This document shows positions 60,018 through 64,000 of a stretch of DNA of 64,000 bases, in pieces. Each line of letters starts with the position of its first letter. Position 1 is the first letter of the stretch. Source of the stretch: an uncultured Halieaceae bacterium (GTDB taxonomy: Bacteria; Pseudomonadota; Gammaproteobacteria; Pseudomonadales; Halieaceae); NCBI GenBank assembly GCA_913056165.1, contig CAJXMD010000002.1:7676-71675 (forward strand), in the 5' to 3' direction. The notes below the pieces were generated by a model, which worked only from the letters and a program-made list of their open reading frames with translations, made no database searches and was not told the DNA's origin. The position numbers and the translations under genes are program-made.

Positions 60018-61001
60018 TTACAGCGCCTGTTGTTCGGTGATCAGCCTGAAACTGTCAAATCGCTCCCGGCTGATCATCCCTCCATCCAATGCTTTCAAAA
60101 TCGCACAGTCGGTCTCGTGCTCGTGACGGCAATCCCGGAAGCGGCACTGACCCAAAAATGGTCTGAATTCAATGAAAGCGTTGGCGATTTCTGCCGCGGG
60201 TAGGTGGGCGAGCTGAAACTCGCGTATACCCGGGCTGTCGATCAGCTTTGCCCCATTGGGCAGGTGGTACAGCTCCGCAGTAGTGGTTGTGTGACGGCCC
60301 TTGTCCGCGCCCAACGATAGCGCACCGACGCGGATATCCTCGCTTCGGCTGTCTGCGGATGGCAGTAGGCGTTTCACCAGTGACGACTTGCCGACCCCCG
60401 ACTGCCCTACAAGGACAGCGGTTTGTTCGGCCATAAGCGGGTGGAGTTGGCGCGCGTCGGGATCGGACTCTCTATCGGTGTGAGTGACCGAGTACCCAAG
60501 GTTTTCATAGGTCCTGGCAAGCTGCCCAAGTGCATTTCTTTCAGTGTCCAAATCCCCTTTGTTCACCACCAGCACGGGTCGAATGCCCGCGTGTTCTGCG
60601 GCCACCAGATAGCGATCAATCAAATTGGTATGAGGCGGAGGGACCACGGCGATAACGATCAGCATCACGTCCACGTTAGCGGCGATGGGCTTTAGATCAC
60701 CGCGGGGGTTGGCTCGGGTGAGCACCGTGTGGCGCGCCTCAACGGCCGCTATTACACCTTCGTGTTCGCTGGTTTGCCAGGCAACTCGATCTCCGGCCAC
60801 CACATTATCAATGTGCGGCCGGATAAAGCACTGCCGGTGCTCGCCGGAAAGGCTGTCCTCAACAAGCGCTCGTTGGCCGTAGCGGGCGATGACGAGTCCT
60901 CCATTCAGTTCGCCGGAGAGGTCGCCGGTATTTTCGAGCCGCCTCTCCTGGGCGGCGGAAATTCGCCGCGACTGCTGCTGACTGATTCGTCTTTTTGCCA
61001 T
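60018..61001 (-). CDS. rsgA: Small ribosomal subunit biogenesis GTPase RsgA
   Basis: MAKRRI start, NKGD, GQSGVGKS, GRHTTT, DSPG, CRFRDCRH..C. Confidence 0.96.
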   Translation of the reverse strand: MAKRRISQQQSRRISAAQERRLENTGDLSGELNGGLVIARYGQRALVEDSLSGEHRQCFIRPHIDNVVAGDRVAWQTSEHEGVIAAVEARHTVLTRANPRGDLKPIAANVDVMLIVIAVVPPPHTNLIDRYLVAAEHAGIRPVLVVNKGDLDTERNALGQLARTYENLGYSVTHTDRESDPDARQLHPLMAEQTAVLVGQSGVGKSSLVKRLLPSADSRSEDIRVGALSLGADKGRHTTTTAELYHLPNGAKLIDSPGIREFQLAHLPAAEIANAFIEFRPFLGQCRFRDCRHEHETDCAILKALDGGMISRERFDSFRLITEQQAL

Positions 61002-61089
61002 CGCCCCAGTGTACTCCGCTCCGACAATCGATGGGTGATTTCTGTGACTCAGGCTTTGGTAGACTGCAGGCCACGGCGAGGAGAAGCGA

Positions 61090-61641
61090 ATGGTAGATGA
61101 GCGCAACTTGATCTGGGTTGATATGGAAATGACCGGACTGATCCCTGAGCAGCATCGCGTTATCGAGATCGCGACGATTGTGACCGATGGTGACCTGAAT
61201 GAACTGGCGCAAGGACCAGTCATCGCGATCCATCAGGCGGACGCGGCGCTCGACATTATGGATGAATGGAATACCACTCATCATAACGCGTCGGGGTTGG
61301 TCTCCCGGGTCCGAGAGAGTCGGGTTGACGAAGCCGAGGCTGCACGCCAGACACTCGACTTTCTCGCCGACTGGGTGCCCGCGGGCGTGTCTCCCATGTG
61401 TGGCAACTCGATTTGTCAGGATCGGCGATTCATGGCTCGGCACTTGCCGACCCTTGAGGCTTATTTCCACTATCGGAATCTTGACGTTTCAACACTGAAA
61501 ATACTTGCTCAACGCTGGCGACCCGACCTGCCTGGCTTGAACAAAAAAACCGCGCACCTAGCGCTCGATGACATCAAGGAGTCAATCGAGGAGCTTCGCT
61601 ACTATCGCGAGTACTTTTTACGCACCACCGCCCAGACGTGA
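61090..61641 (+). CDS. orn: Oligoribonuclease
   Basis: [31 protein letters not shown]. Confidence 0.97.
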   Translation: MVDERNLIWVDMEMTGLIPEQHRVIEIATIVTDGDLNELAQGPVIAIHQADAALDIMDEWNTTHHNASGLVSRVRESRVDEAEAARQTLDFLADWVPAGVSPMCGNSICQDRRFMARHLPTLEAYFHYRNLDVSTLKILAQRWRPDLPGLNKKTAHLALDDIKESIEELRYYREYFLRTTAQT

Positions 61642-62709
61642 CTGCTGTTGGTCAAGGGCCCATGCAACGTGCTCGCGAACCAGCGCTGAAGGATCGTCAT
61701 GCCGAGCCTTCAGGGCCGCGATAGCGCTCGCGCTGTCTTCGGAATTACCGAGAGCGATAGCAATATTGCGTAACCATCGCTCATAGCCGATACGGCGAAT
61801 TGGTGATCCTTCGGTTCGCTGGTCGAAGTCCTCTGAGGTCCAGGCGAAAAGGTCGACGAGGGTGCTGTTATCGAGATCATGCCTCGGGGCAAAGTCGGTC
61901 TCTCTACTGAGCTGGGCGAATTTGTTCCAAGGACAAACCAGCTGGCAGTCATCGCAACCGTAAATCCGGTTGCCCATCAGAGGTCTGAGTTCCGGGTCGA
62001 TGCTTCCCTTGTGTTCGATGGTGAGATAGGAAATGCAGCGCCGGGCATCGAGAACGAAGGGGGCGACAAAGGCATTGGTAGGGCAGACCTCGAGGCAGGC
62101 TGAGCAGCTCCCACAGTGCTTTTCCGTCTTTGGGGCATCTGTGGGGAAGGGAAGGTCAGTGTAAATCTCGCCGAGGAAAAACCACGAACCGGCCTTTTCA
62201 TTGATAAGCATGGTGTTTTTGGCGATCCAGCCCAGTCCGCCGTTCTCGGCAAGGGCCCGTTCCAGAACCGGGGCACTGTCGACAAAGGCCCGATACTGAC
62301 CGCCAGCAAGTTCCCTTTCAATCCGCTTGGCCAAGTCAGCGAGCCTACGCCTGACAAGCTTGTGGTAATCCCTACCCAGTGCATAGCGTGACACATAGCC
62401 ACGCGTTGAATCCTGGAGGACGGCGTCGGGGTCTGAGGATGCTGGGTAGTAGTCCATGCGCAGGGTCAATACGCTACAGGTTCCGGGGATAAGCTCCTCG
62501 GGTCGCGAGCGAGCCGTGCCATGACGGGCCATATATTCCATTTCGCCGTGATAGCCAGCGTCAAGCCATTTTTGCAGGTAGCTCTCGTGTTGGCTCAGAT
62601 CGATCCCGGTTATGCCAAGCTGCTGGAAGCCAAGTTCTTCTGCCCAGCCCTGAAGGGTATCTCTCAGGGCAGCGAGGTCGCGGTCTTGGATGGAATCTGA
62701 ACGTGCCAT
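61618..62709 (-). CDS. queG: Epoxyqueuosine reductase
   Basis: [23 protein letters not shown]...[23 protein letters not shown]. Confidence 0.97.
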   Translation of the reverse strand: MARSDSIQDRDLAALRDTLQGWAEELGFQQLGITGIDLSQHESYLQKWLDAGYHGEMEYMARHGTARSRPEELIPGTCSVLTLRMDYYPASSDPDAVLQDSTRGYVSRYALGRDYHKLVRRRLADLAKRIERELAGGQYRAFVDSAPVLERALAENGGLGWIAKNTMLINEKAGSWFFLGEIYTDLPFPTDAPKTEKHCGSCSACLEVCPTNAFVAPFVLDARRCISYLTIEHKGSIDPELRPLMGNRIYGCDDCQLVCPWNKFAQLSRETDFAPRHDLDNSTLVDLFAWTSEDFDQRTEGSPIRRIGYERWLRNIAIALGNSEDSASAIAALKARHDDPSALVREHVAWALDQQQSRLGGGA

Positions 62710-62872
62710 GAGGCCATTGTGACAGACTCGCGTGCCGAGTTCTTACAGGCATTCTCTGTCAGCGAGTCACCCGCGCGTTTCGAGAGGAGGTCAACAAAAT
62801 GGGAGGGGCGTGCGGGTTAAAATCGGCGCGCTGATCTGACTCGCCCGCCTTCAGTCGAGGTAAACTAGATTC

Positions 62873-63367
62873 ATGGAGCCCGACACTGACTTTACACAGA
62901 CCCGGTATCTGTCCAACGAGGAGGCAACCCTCACATTAGGGGCGGAGATGTCGGGAGTGCTGGAAAAACCGGCACTGGTGTTTCTGGAGGGGGACCTCGG
63001 TGCCGGTAAAACAACCCTGAGCCGCGGTTTGCTGCGAGGTCTGGGCCACGAGGGTGGTGTGAAAAGCCCGACTTACACACTGGTGGAGCCTTACGCCCTA
63101 GATGGGGTGACCGTATTTCATTTTGATCTCTATCGCCTCTCGGATGGGGCCGAGCTAGCGTATCTCGGCCTGGATGATTACTTCGCTACACCGTCAATCT
63201 TGTTGGTTGAGTGGCCCGAGCGGGGGGCGGGTTGGCTGGGGAGACCCGACTGGCGGGTGACCCTGTCACCTGACGGCGAAGGTCGGCAGGTGACTCTGAG
63301 GGCGATGAGCTCGCGAGGGCGTGACTGGCTTAATCGATTAGAGCAGCGGTCTAATCGTGACGGTTGA
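62873..63367 (+). CDS. tsaE: tRNA t6A biosynthesis ATPase TsaE
   Basis: GDLGAGKT, KSPTYTLVE, HFDLYRL, VEW. Confidence 0.96.
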   Translation: MEPDTDFTQTRYLSNEEATLTLGAEMSGVLEKPALVFLEGDLGAGKTTLSRGLLRGLGHEGGVKSPTYTLVEPYALDGVTVFHFDLYRLSDGAELAYLGLDDYFATPSILLVEWPERGAGWLGRPDWRVTLSPDGEGRQVTLRAMSSRGRDWLNRLEQRSNRDG

Positions 63368-63487
63368 GCACCGGCTGGCCCGAAAGGTGGCGAGCAAGAG
63401 TGGCGTCGCGTCGACGGTCACTTGCGGGATGGTGCGCCAGACCGCAACATAGTCCGGCATACCATCGGTTTCGACGAGGGATACATA

Positions 63488-64000
63488 TTGCAGGCCTCAA
63501 CAATCACTGTTGGTAACGTGATAGCAATAGTGTTGCTTGGTCTGGTTGCCCTCGTCCCGCCGCCATCTCTGGCGACTGAGGTCATTGATGTGCGGTTGTG
63601 GCGGGCACCTGACCATACCCGGGTGGTATTTGATCTCTCTGACGCTATCAAACACTCAATTATACAGCTCGATAACCCGACACGTGTTGTTGTGGATATC
63701 AACGACGTTCGATTGAGAGGCGCACTCAGCGACCTGCCATTGGAAAATACGCCGATAGACCGGGTGAGGTCGGGAATCCGAAAGGGCAACGACCTTCGCA
63801 TTGTGTTTGATCTGCGTGCCAAGGTGACGCCGAAAAGTTTTGCTCTTGATCCCAACGAGCGAACGGGTCATCGACTGGTGCTCGATCTTTTTGATGATGC
63901 CCCCACAAAAACTGAACAGTCCGAGATCCAGAAGGGCCAGACGCCTGCGACAAAAAGCGTGGAGGAATTAGACGACAGGCGAGACATTATCGTTGCTATC
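63488..64000 (+). CDS. amiB: N-acetylmuramoyl-L-alanine amidase (AMIN domain), 5' part, runs off the window
   Basis: Not in the ORF track; TTG 63488 after GAGGGA reads signal peptide, VRLWRAPDHTRVVFDL ... RLVLDL ... RRDIIVAI; expected gene after tsaE. Confidence 0.85.
   Translation, partial: MQASTITVGNVIAIVLLGLVALVPPPSLATEVIDVRLWRAPDHTRVVFDLSDAIKHSIIQLDNPTRVVVDINDVRLRGALSDLPLENTPIDRVRSGIRKGNDLRIVFDLRAKVTPKSFALDPNERTGHRLVLDLFDDAPTKTEQSEIQKGQTPATKSVEELDDRRDIIVAI

Noticed and set aside
61618-61641. Convergent overlap of orn and queG; possible tRNA at this junction
   Set aside because: Short 3' overlaps are common, and there is no room or sequence for a tRNA.

Overview
GC-rich gammaproteobacterial chromosomal window. 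Gene content and order tentatively suggest a marine Halieaceae (OM60/NOR5)-like organism; this is inference only. Most of it is housekeeping: aroQ-accB-accC-prmA, dsbD/PCuAC, hemJ-hemL-hemB, argC-bactofilin-erpA, anmK/M23 peptidase/tyrS, nagZ, a DEAD-box helicase, two ggt genes, pdxH, cinA, cysH, asnS, an RNase II-family gene, PIN-PhoH, psd, rsgA, orn, queG, tsaE and a partial amidase. I found no rRNA, tRNA, CRISPR array or mobile element. The standout is a tightly packed 13-gene minus-strand cluster (about 29.7-44.5 kb) that looks like an uncharacterised ion-motor-powered envelope machine. It encodes one MotA/TolQ/ExbB subunit; two paralogous single-pass proteins with an ExbD/MotB-like transmembrane Asp, coiled-coil stalks and VWA heads; a cytoplasmic protein resembling a degenerate Hsp70 ATPase domain fused to an FHA-like tail; a PEGA + non-catalytic FGE-sulfatase protein; a TPR+PEGA protein; four lipoproteins; a small secreted peptide; a TPR-TonB_C protein; and an M48 protease. 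All domain calls were made by eye from motifs and need HMM or structure confirmation. Several start codons were moved downstream of the ORF-track start where the RBS or family N-terminus supports it.
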